Shown here piece by piece: positions 50,234-60,366 of a stretch of 64,000 nt of DNA. Position 1 is the first letter of the stretch, and every line of letters begins with the position of its first letter. The position numbers and the translations under genes were made by a program. The stretch covers positions 288,001-352,000 of the forward strand of contig CAWBOC010000006.1 of assembly GCA_963790305.1 (NCBI GenBank), read 5' to 3'. Below the pieces are notes generated by a model. The model made no database searches and had not been told where the DNA came from. It saw nothing but the letters and a program-made list of their open reading frames with translations. The DNA is from an uncultured Gemmatimonadaceae bacterium. Its GTDB lineage: Bacteria > Gemmatimonadota > Gemmatimonadetes > Gemmatimonadales > Gemmatimonadaceae.

Positions 50234-50898
50234 AGATCTTCCTCGACACTGCATCGCTGCCGGAGATCGTGTGGGCCGCCGGCGCGGGACTCATCGATGG
50301 AGTGACGACGAACCCATCGCTCCTCGCGCAGGAGGACTCCGATACCGATCCGCGAGACCATTTGACCGAGATCGCGCGCTCGGTGAGCGGTCCGGTTGGC
50401 GCGGAAGTAGTCGCGGTCGATGCGGAAGGGATGTATCGCGAAGGACGCGACCTGGCGAAGGTCGCTGACAGCATCATCGTCATGGTGCCGATGCTCGAAG
50501 ACGGGATCGTCGCCACACGGCGATTGACGTCGGAGGGCATTCGCGTGTGTACGACGCTCGTCTTCACCCCGGCGCAGGCGCTCCTCGCCGCGAAGTCGGG
50601 CGCACGCTACGTGAGCCCGTTCGTCGGGCGCCTCGAGGACATCGGGCAGGACGGCGTGTCGGTCGTCGCGCAGACGCGCGAGATCTTCATGCACTACGGC
50701 CTCGAGTGCGAGCTACTGGCCGCGTCGGTTCGTACGCCTTTGCACTTCATTGGATGCGCTCGGGCGGGCGCCGATGCGGCCACCGTTCCACCAGCGGTGC
50801 TGCGAAACATGCTCGTGCACCCGCTCACGGATCGTGGCGTCGACCAGTTCCTCCACGATTGGAGCAAGCGAATTGCTCGTAGCCGCGCGGGGGTGTGA
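50230..50898 (+). CDS. Transaldolase / fructose-6-phosphate aldolase family protein (Schiff-base Lys appears replaced by Met)
   Basis: MKIFLDTA, DGVTTNPSL, QALLAAKSGARYVSPFVGRLED, LAASVR, HPLTDRG. IIVMVPM occurs where the family has VVKIP. Confidence 0.85.
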   Translation: MKIFLDTASLPEIVWAAGAGLIDGVTTNPSLLAQEDSDTDPRDHLTEIARSVSGPVGAEVVAVDAEGMYREGRDLAKVADSIIVMVPMLEDGIVATRRLTSEGIRVCTTLVFTPAQALLAAKSGARYVSPFVGRLEDIGQDGVSVVAQTREIFMHYGLECELLAASVRTPLHFIGCARAGADAATVPPAVLRNMLVHPLTDRGVDQFLHDWSKRIARSRAGV

Positions 50899-50899
50899 T

Positions 50900-52294
50900 G
50901 TGCGGCTGATCGCGTCCATCATCGTTGGCGCGCTCGTGGTCCACGGGTGCCGCGGACGCGAGGAGAAAGATCCTGGTGGCGCGCTGGTTCGTGAGGCGCG
51001 CGCCGCTCAAACCCGCGCGCCGATCGCCGAATCGCGACGCACCGCGATCACCGAGGCGGTGGCGCAGGTCGCCCCAGCTGTCGTGACGGTGCAGACCGAA
51101 ACGGTGGAGCGCCGCGTCGATCCCTTTGACGCGTTTTTCGGTAACCGCGGCGGCACACGCGTTCTCCCCGGACTGGGCTCGGGGTTCATCACCCGGGCCA
51201 ATGGCATTGTCATTACCAACGCGCACGTCGTCGTGGGCGCGACACGCATCTCGGTCGCGCTTCCCGACGGCACGACGTTCCCTGCCCGCCTGCTCGGCGC
51301 CGACACCCTGAACGATCTCGCCGTTCTCAAGATCGAAGGGCGGAATCTTCCCGTCGTGAAGCTCGGGAATTCCAGCGACCTCGTCGTCGGCGAGTGGGCG
51401 ATCGCGATCGGCAATCCGTTCGGCTTCGTGCTCGGAAACAGTGAGCCCAGCGTGACGGCGGGTGTCATCAGCGCGACGGGGCGCAATCTCGCCGTGCGCG
51501 CCGAGGGTCCCGGCATCTACGTCGACATGATTCAGACCGACGCGTCGATCAATCCCGGCAACTCGGGCGGCCCACTCGTAAATTCCGTGGGGGAGGTGAT
51601 CGGCGTCAATTCCTCGATCTATTCCCCGAGCGGCGGATCGGTCGGTCTCGGCTTCGCGATTCCGATCAATCGAGTGAAGCGAGTCACTGAGGATTTGCTT
51701 GCGCACGGCACGATTCGCCGGCCATGGGTGGGCTTGAAGGTCGAGGAGAGTCCCCTGGGCCGCACGCGCACCGTCGGCGCGGCGGTCAGCTCGGTGGTGC
51801 CGGGTTCGCCGGCGGCACAGGCGGGACTGCGAGCCGGCGACATTCTCCTGCGCTCGCGAGAGCGCCAGATCGAGAACGCGTACGACTGGGATGCGGAGCT
51901 CCTCGAGCTGCGCGTGGGTGAGCGTGTGCCGGTCGTCGTCAGGCGCGCGGGACGCGAGTTTCCGGTCGAGCTCGTCGTCGCCGACCAGCCGGAAGCGGGC
52001 GCTGCGAAGGTGGCCGTGCTCCGCGAGTTGGAGCTCATTACGCTGACCCCGCAGATTCGCGCCGACCGAAATATCATGAGCCAGCGCGGCGCGCTGATCT
52101 ATCGCGTCAGCGATCGCGTGGCGGCGGACCTTGGCATTCAGGCGGGCGATGTGATCGTGCAGATCAACCGAACGCCAATCACGAGCGCCGACGAGGCCGC
52201 GCGCGCCATCGATGCGTTCGCGGGACGAGGGCTGATCCGGATGTTCTACGAGCGCGGTGGTCGTCCGTACTTCACCGACTTCATCATTCGATGA
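50900..52294 (+). CDS. HtrA/DegP-family trypsin-like serine protease with PDZ domains, possible lipoprotein
   Basis: GLGSGFI, TNAHVV, DLAVLKI, IQTDASINPGNSGGPL, two PDZ-like regions, signal ending VVHGC. Confidence 0.92.
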   Translation: MRLIASIIVGALVVHGCRGREEKDPGGALVREARAAQTRAPIAESRRTAITEAVAQVAPAVVTVQTETVERRVDPFDAFFGNRGGTRVLPGLGSGFITRANGIVITNAHVVVGATRISVALPDGTTFPARLLGADTLNDLAVLKIEGRNLPVVKLGNSSDLVVGEWAIAIGNPFGFVLGNSEPSVTAGVISATGRNLAVRAEGPGIYVDMIQTDASINPGNSGGPLVNSVGEVIGVNSSIYSPSGGSVGLGFAIPINRVKRVTEDLLAHGTIRRPWVGLKVEESPLGRTRTVGAAVSSVVPGSPAAQAGLRAGDILLRSRERQIENAYDWDAELLELRVGERVPVVVRRAGREFPVELVVADQPEAGAAKVAVLRELELITLTPQIRADRNIMSQRGALIYRVSDRVAADLGIQAGDVIVQINRTPITSADEAARAIDAFAGRGLIRMFYERGGRPYFTDFIIR

Positions 52295-53728
52295 GCGCCC
52301 ACAGTCGCTACGTATCGCCGCTCGGTGAGCGATATGCGTCCGCGGCGATGCTGGAGCTGTGGTCTCCACAGACTCGCTACGGCCTGTGGCGCCGCCTCTG
52401 GGTGACCCTGGCGGAGAAGCAGCGCGAGCTCGGCGTCCCGATTCCGGACGATGCGATTACCCAGATGCGCGCCCACGTCGATGACATCGACTTCGACAAG
52501 GTCGCCGCGTACGAGCGCCGCTTTCGGCATGACGTGATGGCGCACGTGCATGCCTTCGCCGACGTGGCGCCGGCCGCGCGGCCGTTCATTCATTCTTGGG
52601 GCAACGAGCGCGTTCGTCACCGACAACGCCGATCTCATCATCCTCCGTCGGGGGCTGGAGCTGCTGCGCGCGAAGATCGTGGATGTCGTCCGAGCGCTCG
52701 CGACGTTCGCACGGCGTTGGCGCGACGAGCCGACCCTGGCATACACGCACCTTCAGCCGGCCCAGCTCACGACGGTTGGAAAGCGCGCGACGCTGTGGAT
52801 GCAGGATCTCGTCCTCGACCTCGCCGACATCGACTACCGTGCACAGTCGCTTCCCTTGCGTGGCGTCAAGGGGACGACGGGGACGCAAGCCAGCTTCCTC
52901 GAGCTCTTCGATGGCGACCATGCGCGCGTGCGTCGCCTCGAGGAGCTCGTGGTGGCCGCCATGGGATTCGAGCGCGCGTTGCCCGTGACCGGGCAGACGT
53001 ACACGCGCAAAATCGATGCGCAGCTCCTCGGAGTCGTGGCGGGGATTGCGGCCAGCGCGGCGAAGTTCGCGTCCGACGTGCGGATGCTGCAGTCGTTCGG
53101 CGAGATCGAGGAGCCATTCGAGGCCGAGCAGGTGGGATCGTCGGCGATGGCGTACAAGCGAAACCCGATGCGATCGGAGCGGATCTCGGGGCTGGCGCGG
53201 TTCGTGATCACGATGGAGGAGAACGCCAACCACACTCACAGCGTGCAGTATTTCGAGCGGACGCTCGATGACAGCTCGAACCGACGGCTCGTGCTCCCCG
53301 AGTCCTTTCTCGCCACCGATGCGATTCTGGTGCTCATGGGCAACATCGCGGCCGGGCTCGAGGTGCGCACCGCACGCATTCGCCACCGCATCGCGGACGA
53401 GCTGCCGTTCATGGCGACGGAGAAGCTGCTCGTCCGCGCGGTGCGCGGGGGCGGCGACCGGCAGACCGTGCACGAGATCATCCGAAAGCACAGTCTCGCA
53501 GCGGCGCAGGCGATGAAAGACGGCGCAGCACATAACGATTTGCTCGAGCGCCTGGGTGAAGACCGCAGCTTTGGCGTGTCGGTGAGGGAACTGCGCGATC
53601 TCATCGACGCGCGTGAATTCGTTGGGCGTGCGCCAGAACAGGTGGACGACTTTTTGAACCATGTCATCGAGCCGCTGCTTGCCGGCGTGCCGATCATCGA
53701 GGTGGATACGGAGCTCCTTCGCGTATGA
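52291..53728 (+). CDS. purB: Adenylosuccinate lyase, one frameshift near 52594
   Basis: [25 protein letters not shown] then [11 protein letters not shown] in the shifted frame, [18 protein letters not shown]. Confidence 0.93.
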
Positions 53729-54651
53729 CAGCAATCGCCGGGACACAACTTCCGCTGCGCCGGATTGGACGCGGCAAGGTCCGCGACATTTACGCGGTCG
53801 ACGACGAGCGTCTGTTGCTCGTGGCCACCGATCGCGTGAGCGCGTTCAATGTCGTCATGCGAGAACCGATTCCCCACAAGGGGGTCGTGCTGACGCAGAT
53901 CAGCGCCTGGTGGTTCGGCCAGCTCGCGGATCTCGTCGATCATCACATGATCAGCGCCGAGGCCGACGAGATCATCGAGTTGGTACCGGCGCTCGATGGC
54001 CATCGCGCCGACATCGCCGGCCGCGCGATGCTTTCCCGCCGCGCGGACGTCTTTCCCATCGAGTGCGTCATTCGCGGTTACATCACGGGCTCGGCGTGGA
54101 AGGAGTACGCCGCACGCGGCACGCTCGCCGGAGAGGCGCTGCCAACCGGTTTGCGCGAGAGCGACCGCCTCGAGCCGCCGATTTTCAGCCCGGCGACCAA
54201 GGCGGTGACGGGGCATGACGAGAATATCACCGTCACGCGGATGTCCGAGATCGTCGGCGGCGATGTGGCGCGCGAGCTCGAGCGGCTCACCCGCGCCGTC
54301 TACGGCCGTGGCCGGGAGGTCGCCGAGAAGCGCGGGATCCTGATCGCGGACACCAAGTTCGAGTTCGGACGGGACGCTACCGGCCGCATCCTCCTGATCG
54401 ACGAGGTGCTCACCCCGGACAGCTCACGCTTCTGGCCAGCCGACGGCTACCAGCCTGGGCGTTCGCAACCGAGCTTCGACAAGCAGCCGTTGCGCGACTA
54501 CCTCGACGGAGAGAAGAAAGCGGGTCGGTGGGATGGCGAGGAGCCGCCCCCTCCCCTTCCCCCGGAGGTGGTGCGCGCAACGAGTGAACGCTACCTCGAC
54601 GCATACGCCCGGCTCACCGGGCACGCGCTCGACTTGCCGGTCTCGGCGTGA
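53725..54651 (+). CDS. purC: SAICAR synthetase
   Basis: [55 protein letters not shown]. Confidence 0.96.
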   Translation: MTAIAGTQLPLRRIGRGKVRDIYAVDDERLLLVATDRVSAFNVVMREPIPHKGVVLTQISAWWFGQLADLVDHHMISAEADEIIELVPALDGHRADIAGRAMLSRRADVFPIECVIRGYITGSAWKEYAARGTLAGEALPTGLRESDRLEPPIFSPATKAVTGHDENITVTRMSEIVGGDVARELERLTRAVYGRGREVAEKRGILIADTKFEFGRDATGRILLIDEVLTPDSSRFWPADGYQPGRSQPSFDKQPLRDYLDGEKKAGRWDGEEPPPPLPPEVVRATSERYLDAYARLTGHALDLPVSA

Positions 54652-55298
54652 GCGTCGCGCGCGAAGGGATCCTCTTCATCGCGATCGGAGTCGCCGCGGC
54701 GTTAGGCGCGGTGGCTGTGGCCTGGAGGTACGCCACCATTCCGCTGTGGATCGCCGCCGGGATACTGTTCGTGCTGGCGATCTGGGTCATCTACTTTTTT
54801 CGCGATCCGGAGCGAACTGGTCAGCGCGGAGAGCAGCTCGTCGTATCGCCGGCTGACGGCAAGGTCGTGCAGATTACCGAAGTCGATGAGCCGGCCTTCG
54901 TGCACGGTCGTGCCCTGCGCATCTCGATTTTCATGAACGTCTTCAACGTGCACGTGAACCGGTACCCGGTGAGCGGCAAGGTCGCGTACGTGCACTACAA
55001 CGCCGGTAAGTTCCTCAATGCGGCCAGCGACAAGGCGAGTCTCGAGAATGAGCAGATGTCGGTGGGGATCGAGAGCGCCCACGGACGGGTGCTCGTTCGC
55101 CAGATCGCGGGACTCATCGCCCGGCGGATCGTGAACTACGCCGCGGTCGGCGATGAAGCGGAACAGGGAACGCGGATGGGCATCATTCGATTCGGATCGC
55201 GCGTCGACGTCTTCGTATCGCCATCGTCTCGAGTGCGCGTTCGACTCGGCGACTTTCCCATTGCGGGCGTGACGGTGCTGTCGGAGTTCGCCGAGTGA
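54648..55298 (+). CDS. psd: Phosphatidylserine decarboxylase proenzyme
   Basis: [46 protein letters not shown] cleavage motif. Confidence 0.94.
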   Translation: MSVAREGILFIAIGVAAALGAVAVAWRYATIPLWIAAGILFVLAIWVIYFFRDPERTGQRGEQLVVSPADGKVVQITEVDEPAFVHGRALRISIFMNVFNVHVNRYPVSGKVAYVHYNAGKFLNAASDKASLENEQMSVGIESAHGRVLVRQIAGLIARRIVNYAAVGDEAEQGTRMGIIRFGSRVDVFVSPSSRVRVRLGDFPIAGVTVLSEFAE

Positions 55299-56209
55299 TG
55301 CCGACGCTCCCCGCGCTCCCTCGCCCGAACATGCGACGGGCGGTCGTCCTCCTTCCCAACGGGTTTACCCTCGGGAATCTGTTCTTCGGCGTGTGGGCGA
55401 TCGTCGCCGCCTCCCGCGGCAGCTACAGCCAGGCCGGGCTGTACGTCGTGCTCGGCGGCGTAATGGATGCGCTCGATGGGCGCGTGGCTCGCGCCACGAA
55501 AACCGGAAGCCGCTTCGGCACCGAGCTCGATTCCCTCGTCAATGCCGTCAGCTTCGGCGTCGCGCCAGCACTGATCATGTATTTCGCGGTGCTCAATCGT
55601 GAAGGCTGGGCGTGGCTGCTCTGCTTCATTTTCATCGCGTGCGTCGTGATGCGCCTCGCCCGTTTCAACGTCGAGCAGGGCGGTCGCGCGAAAACGCACT
55701 TCCACGGGCTGCCAAGCCCGGCGGCCGGGATGACGCTCGCAGTGTACTACTGGTTCAGCCAGACACCGCTCTACAGTCAGACCGTCATCGGCGACCTCCC
55801 GTGGGAGCTCGTGATGAAAGTGGTGATGCTGGTGTTGAGCTGGCTGATGGTGAGCCACGTGCTGTATCCCGCGGTGCCCAACATCAGCTTCAAGTCGTGG
55901 AAGGGATTCATCGGCCTCGCGCTCGTGCTCGGGACGCTGGCGGGACTGTTCTTCGCGCCTCGCGAGTTTTTCTTCCCCGCGCTGATGGCCTACGTGGTCT
56001 GGGGACTCTTGAAGACCGTGTTCGTGGGGTTGATGGACCGGGTCCCCACCGGCGATCCTTTGTTCGAGGAAGGCGACGACGACGATGCCGACCATGTGAT
56101 GCGACCTGTCATCGTCGGCGAGTCTCCGGGAGGCCGAAAACGTCGTCGCCGCGGCCGTGGCGACCGGCAGACGCCTCCGCCCAACCGTTCGATTACCGAG
56201 AGCGAATGA
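55298..56209 (+). CDS. pssA: CDP-diacylglycerol--serine O-phosphatidyltransferase
   Basis: [19 protein letters not shown]...[32 protein letters not shown]. Follows psd. Confidence 0.88.
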   Translation: MPTLPALPRPNMRRAVVLLPNGFTLGNLFFGVWAIVAASRGSYSQAGLYVVLGGVMDALDGRVARATKTGSRFGTELDSLVNAVSFGVAPALIMYFAVLNREGWAWLLCFIFIACVVMRLARFNVEQGGRAKTHFHGLPSPAAGMTLAVYYWFSQTPLYSQTVIGDLPWELVMKVVMLVLSWLMVSHVLYPAVPNISFKSWKGFIGLALVLGTLAGLFFAPREFFFPALMAYVVWGLLKTVFVGLMDRVPTGDPLFEEGDDDDADHVMRPVIVGESPGGRKRRRRGRGDRQTPPPNRSITESE

Positions 56210-56481
56210 GCCTCTTTCGCGTTGCGATACACATCGTGCCCCGCCGCGGCCTGCTGGACCCACAGGGCAAGGCCGTCAGCGACGCCCTTCACGCCCTCGG
56301 CTTCTTCGGCGTACGCGATGCGCGTATTGGACGGTTCATCGTCCTCGAGATGGAAGCGAGCGACGCCATGGACGCCGACGCGGCTGTGCGGCAGATGTGC
56401 GAGCGGCTGCTGGCCAACCCCGTGACCGAAGACTTCGAGATCGAGGGGGTTCACGCGATCGAGGGAGCACACGTTTCATGA
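56206..56481 (+). CDS. purS: Phosphoribosylformylglycinamidine synthase subunit PurS
   Basis: [23 protein letters not shown]. Confidence 0.92.
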   Translation: MSLFRVAIHIVPRRGLLDPQGKAVSDALHALGFFGVRDARIGRFIVLEMEASDAMDADAAVRQMCERLLANPVTEDFEIEGVHAIEGAHVS

Positions 56482-57170
56482 AGTTCGGTATCGTCACCTT
56501 CCCCGGCTCCAACTGCGACTATGACGCATATCACGCCGTCATAGACCAGCTGGGGGAACGGGCGGTCTACCTGTGGCACAAGGCGCGGGACCTGGAGGGG
56601 GTGGACGTCGTCATCCTTCCGGGTGGGTTCAGCTATGGGGACTACCTGCGTGCCGGTGCGATCGCGCGCTTTAGTCCCATCATGCACGAGGTCGCATCCC
56701 ATGCGCGACGGGGAGGACCGGTGATCGGCATTTGCAACGGCTTTCAGATCCTCTGTGAGGCGCACTTGCTCCCAGGTGCGTTGATGCGCAACAGTGGGCT
56801 GAAGTTCGTGTCGAAACCGGTGCGGTTGCGCGTGGAGAACACCGACACACTGTTCACGCATCGGTACGAGCCCGGGCAAGTGTTACGGATGCCCATCGCG
56901 CACGGCGAAGGACGATTCGTCGGCGATCGCACGACGCTCGACCGGCTGGAACAGGAGGGACGTGTCGTGTTCCGCTACGTGGATGCGCATGGCGAACCCA
57001 CCACCGAGGCAAACCCCAACGGCTCACTCCGCGCGATCGCGGGAATCGTGAGCGCGGAGGGCAACGTCCTCGGGATGATGCCGCACCCGGAGCGGGCAGT
57101 CGAGCCGCTTCTCGGGTCGGTGGACGGATTGGGTATATTCCACTCGGTGCTCGAACGAGTCGCCGCCTGA
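56478..57170 (+). CDS. purQ: Phosphoribosylformylglycinamidine synthase subunit PurQ
   Basis: [44 protein letters not shown]. Confidence 0.96.
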   Translation: MKFGIVTFPGSNCDYDAYHAVIDQLGERAVYLWHKARDLEGVDVVILPGGFSYGDYLRAGAIARFSPIMHEVASHARRGGPVIGICNGFQILCEAHLLPGALMRNSGLKFVSKPVRLRVENTDTLFTHRYEPGQVLRMPIAHGEGRFVGDRTTLDRLEQEGRVVFRYVDAHGEPTTEANPNGSLRAIAGIVSAEGNVLGMMPHPERAVEPLLGSVDGLGIFHSVLERVAA

Positions 57171-57184
57171 CAACGAGGTCCGCA

Positions 57185-57610
57185 ATGCGTCGCGTGATCG
57201 TACTCTCCACTGCCCTGCTGATTGCAATCGCCGCCGCCGGCGTGCAGGGTGCAGCCGCACAGTCCATTGATCCCGGCATGACGAAGAGCCAGGTGATCGA
57301 ACGTCTTGGCGCCCCCGCAGCCGAGCGTAGTACCGGTGCGTACACGTATCTGTTCTACCAGAACGGACGCGAGTACACCGTAGGAATGAGCGATCTGGTC
57401 ATTCTCCAAAACGGTGCCGTGGTCGACGCCATATTCCGCTCGGCGGCGCGCGAGTACACCGGTCGCAGCAGCTCGCCCGAAGGCGTGATGCCCGCAAACT
57501 CAGCCACCGGCGGGGAACGCCTGGCGATGCCGGTGTCGAACACGTCGCAGCCAGCTGCACCCGTTCCGGCGAGCCCGCCGCCTCCACCCAATGACACACC
57601 AAGCCCCTGA
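57185..57610 (+). CDS. Secreted protein with SmpA/OmlA(BamE)-like domain and Pro-rich tail
   Basis: Signal peptide ending AAA-Q, IDPGMTKSQVIERLGAP...YLFY, C-terminal PPPPP. Confidence 0.6.
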   Translation: MRRVIVLSTALLIAIAAAGVQGAAAQSIDPGMTKSQVIERLGAPAAERSTGAYTYLFYQNGREYTVGMSDLVILQNGAVVDAIFRSAAREYTGRSSSPEGVMPANSATGGERLAMPVSNTSQPAAPVPASPPPPPNDTPSP

Positions 57611-57624
57611 AAAAGGATTGAGGC

Positions 57625-57933
57625 ATGCCGATTGACGAAAAACCCAGTCGTAACGAAGACGAGTATTTCGCCAAGCTCAATGCGCAGCTGATCAAGGAGC
57701 AGCGAGCCCGACTCGATCAGACGCGAAGCAAGAGCGAGCGCGCGGCGCACTACATGAAGTGCCCGAAGTGCGGCGCCGATCTGCAGGAACGCGAGTTCCA
57801 CCACGTGAAGGTCGACACGTGCCCGGAGTGCAAAGGCATGTGGTTCGACGCCGGTGAGGTGGACATGCTCAAGTACGTCGACCGGAACGCCATCGGTCGC
57901 TTCGTGGGATCGCTCTTCGGGCAGAAGCCCTAG
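57625..57933 (+). CDS. Zinc-ribbon (zf-TFIIB-like) protein
   Basis: [10 protein letters not shown]...[16 protein letters not shown]. Confidence 0.8.
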   Translation: MPIDEKPSRNEDEYFAKLNAQLIKEQRARLDQTRSKSERAAHYMKCPKCGADLQEREFHHVKVDTCPECKGMWFDAGEVDMLKYVDRNAIGRFVGSLFGQKP

Positions 57934-60236
57934 TGCCCGCAGGTCCACGTCCCGGCGATCCCAGAATCACGCCGGCGCTGGTCGCGGAACATGGACTGAC
58001 GCCGGAGGAGTTCGAACGGCTGCGCGCCATGCTGGGGCGCGAGCCGACGTTCACCGAGCTGGGCATCGTGAGCGCGCTGTGGAGCGAGCACTGCTCCTAC
58101 AAGCACTCGCGCCCGCTCCTGCGAACGCTCCCAACCCAGGCGCCGTGGGTGCTTCAGGGCCCGGGTGAGAACGCCGGCGTCATCGCCGTTGGTGACGGAC
58201 TCGCCGTCGCGTTCAAGATCGAATCGCACAACCATCCCTCGGCCGTCGAGCCGTACCAGGGCGCGGCAACCGGCGTGGGCGGCATTCTCCGCGACGTCTT
58301 CACGATGGGCGCGCGCCCGATCGCACTGTTGAATTCGTTGCGCTTCGGCTCGCTCAATGTGCCACGCGTCCGGTATCTCCTCGCGGGGGTCGTGAAGGGA
58401 ATCGGCGACTACGGCAACTGTGTCGGGATTCCGACCGTCGCCGGAGAGGTCGTGTTCGACGAAGCCTACGAAGGCAATCCCCTCGTCAACGCGATGTGCG
58501 TGGGCCTCATGCGCGAGGATGAGCTCATTCGCGCCGTCGCCGAGGGCGTCGGCAATCCGATCATCGCGGTGGGCGCGCGCACCGGTCGCGATGGGATTCA
58601 TGGGGCTTCGTTCGCGTCGGAGGACCTGACCGAAGCGAGCGACGCAAAGCGCCCTCGCGTGCAAGTGGGCGACCCGTTCACCGAAAAGCTCCTTCTCGAG
58701 GCGTCGCTCGAGCTCATTCGGAGCGGACACATCGTCGCCATTCAGGACATGGGCGCGGCTGGCCTAACGTCGTCGAGCGCGGAAATGGCTGCGCGCGGCG
58801 ACGTCGGAGTCACGATCAATGTCACGAAGGTGCCCGTTCGAGAGACGGGAATGACACCGTATGAGATCTTGCTCAGCGAATCACAGGAGCGCATGCTCGT
58901 GGTCGCTCGGCGTGGTCACGAGCGCGCCGTGATCGACGTGCTCCGCAAGTGGGATCTCGAGGCCGCGGTGATCGGCGAGGTCATCGAGGAGCCGGTCTAT
59001 CGCGTCACCGAAGGCCCGCGCGTCGTCGCCGAGTTTCCAGGTACACGGCTGGTTACGGACTGTCCGGTCTACGAGCCCGATGCGCGCGAGAGCGACGCGA
59101 TTCGTGCGCTTCGTGAGCGCGATGTACATGCGATTGCGGAGCACGCCGAAGAGCACAACGCGACCTGGACGCTCGAGCGATTGCTGTCGTCGCCGACGAT
59201 CGCGAGCAAGGAGTGGATCTTCGGCCAGTACGATTCGACGGTACGCACCGGGACCGTCGTCGGCCCGGGCGGCGATGCCGCCGTCGTTCGCCTGCGCGGA
59301 ACGAATCGCGCTCTTGCGCTCAAGACTGACTGCAACGGCCGCTACGTGTATCTCGACCCGCGCGTGGGCGGACGCATCGCGGTCGTGGAAGCGGCGCGCA
59401 ACGTCGCCTGTACCGGTGCCCGGCCGCTCGCGATCACGAATTGTCTGAACTTCGGGAATCCGAGGCGGCCCGAGGTCTACTTCCAGTTGCGCGAGGCGAT
59501 CGCCGGAATGGGCGAGGCGTGTCGCGCGCTCCGCACCCCGGTCACCGGGGGCAACGTATCGCTCTATAATGAGAGCCCTGCCGGGGCCGTGTACCCTACC
59601 CCCGTCATCGGAATGGTGGGGTTGATCGAATCGCTCGAGCATATCACGCGCGTCGCCTTCCGCGAACCGGGCAACGCGGTTGTTCTTCTCGGAGAGACTA
59701 CCGATGAGCTCGGGGCGTCCGAGTACCTTTCCCGAGTCCATGGCGTCGTCGCTGGGGCGCCGCCGCGCGTCGATCTCGACCGCGAGCGCGGGGTGATCGA
59801 CGCCCTGCTCGAGTCGATTCAAAATGGCCTGATCAACTCGGCGCATGACTGCGCCGAGGGCGGTCTCGCCGTTGCGCTGGCCGAATGCGCCATTGGCGAG
59901 CGTGAAACGATGCTGGGCGCCACCATCGATCTCAGCAGGTGGAACGCGGTGCCGGCACGCGCGGTGCTCTTTGGTGAAGCGCAAGGCCGCGTGGTCGTCA
60001 GCAGCGCCGAGCCTGCACGCGTGATCGCGATCGCCGAGCGACATGGGGTGCCGGCGTTCGAGATCGGACGCGTGACTCGGGACGCGCGACTCCGCGTCGT
60101 TGCTGGTGATCGGGTGATCGATGCCCCGCTTTCACGTCTGGCCAGCCTGTACTACGACTCGATCGCTTCGATCATGCGACGCGGGCCGGCCGAAACGGCT
60201 GTGGCGGAGCAGCACCCATCCATTGCGACTGTGTAG
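57933..60236 (+). CDS. purL: Phosphoribosylformylglycinamidine synthase subunit PurL
   Basis: [64 protein letters not shown]. Confidence 0.97.
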   Translation: MPAGPRPGDPRITPALVAEHGLTPEEFERLRAMLGREPTFTELGIVSALWSEHCSYKHSRPLLRTLPTQAPWVLQGPGENAGVIAVGDGLAVAFKIESHNHPSAVEPYQGAATGVGGILRDVFTMGARPIALLNSLRFGSLNVPRVRYLLAGVVKGIGDYGNCVGIPTVAGEVVFDEAYEGNPLVNAMCVGLMREDELIRAVAEGVGNPIIAVGARTGRDGIHGASFASEDLTEASDAKRPRVQVGDPFTEKLLLEASLELIRSGHIVAIQDMGAAGLTSSSAEMAARGDVGVTINVTKVPVRETGMTPYEILLSESQERMLVVARRGHERAVIDVLRKWDLEAAVIGEVIEEPVYRVTEGPRVVAEFPGTRLVTDCPVYEPDARESDAIRALRERDVHAIAEHAEEHNATWTLERLLSSPTIASKEWIFGQYDSTVRTGTVVGPGGDAAVVRLRGTNRALALKTDCNGRYVYLDPRVGGRIAVVEAARNVACTGARPLAITNCLNFGNPRRPEVYFQLREAIAGMGEACRALRTPVTGGNVSLYNESPAGAVYPTPVIGMVGLIESLEHITRVAFREPGNAVVLLGETTDELGASEYLSRVHGVVAGAPPRVDLDRERGVIDALLESIQNGLINSAHDCAEGGLAVALAECAIGERETMLGATIDLSRWNAVPARAVLFGEAQGRVVVSSAEPARVIAIAERHGVPAFEIGRVTRDARLRVVAGDRVIDAPLSRLASLYYDSIASIMRRGPAETAVAEQHPSIATV

Positions 60237-60245
60237 TGACGGAGA

Positions 60246-60336
60246 TCAGGTGGTCGAGGCTGTCGAGGTCGCCCCGGTGATCGAGGAGATTTTGCCTTGA
60301 TCACCTCGACATCCTCGACCACTCGACTACCTGACT
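60246..60336. repeat. Nonamer tandem array and its inverted copy (long imperfect hairpin) between purL and purF
   Basis: tggtcgagg ctgtcgagg tcgccccgg tgatcgagg / agattttg / ccttgatca cctcgacat cctcgacca ctcgacta cctgact. Confidence 0.78.
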
Positions 60337-60366
60337 GGGCTGCCGGTACGGAACTTTAGAGGAAAC

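Noticed and set aside
2221..52597. Programmed ribosomal frameshifting or real pseudogenisation of rne, U32, atuA, ybeY, trpA and purB
   Set aside because: There are no slippery heptamers, the shared motif occurs on either strand relative to the gene, and the genes are otherwise intact core genes. Sequencing error is the simpler explanation.
1764..60336. CRISPR array or transposon ends suggested by the short repeats
   Set aside because: The units are 7-9 bp tandem words without unique spacers, and no cas, transposase or integrase gene was seen in the window.
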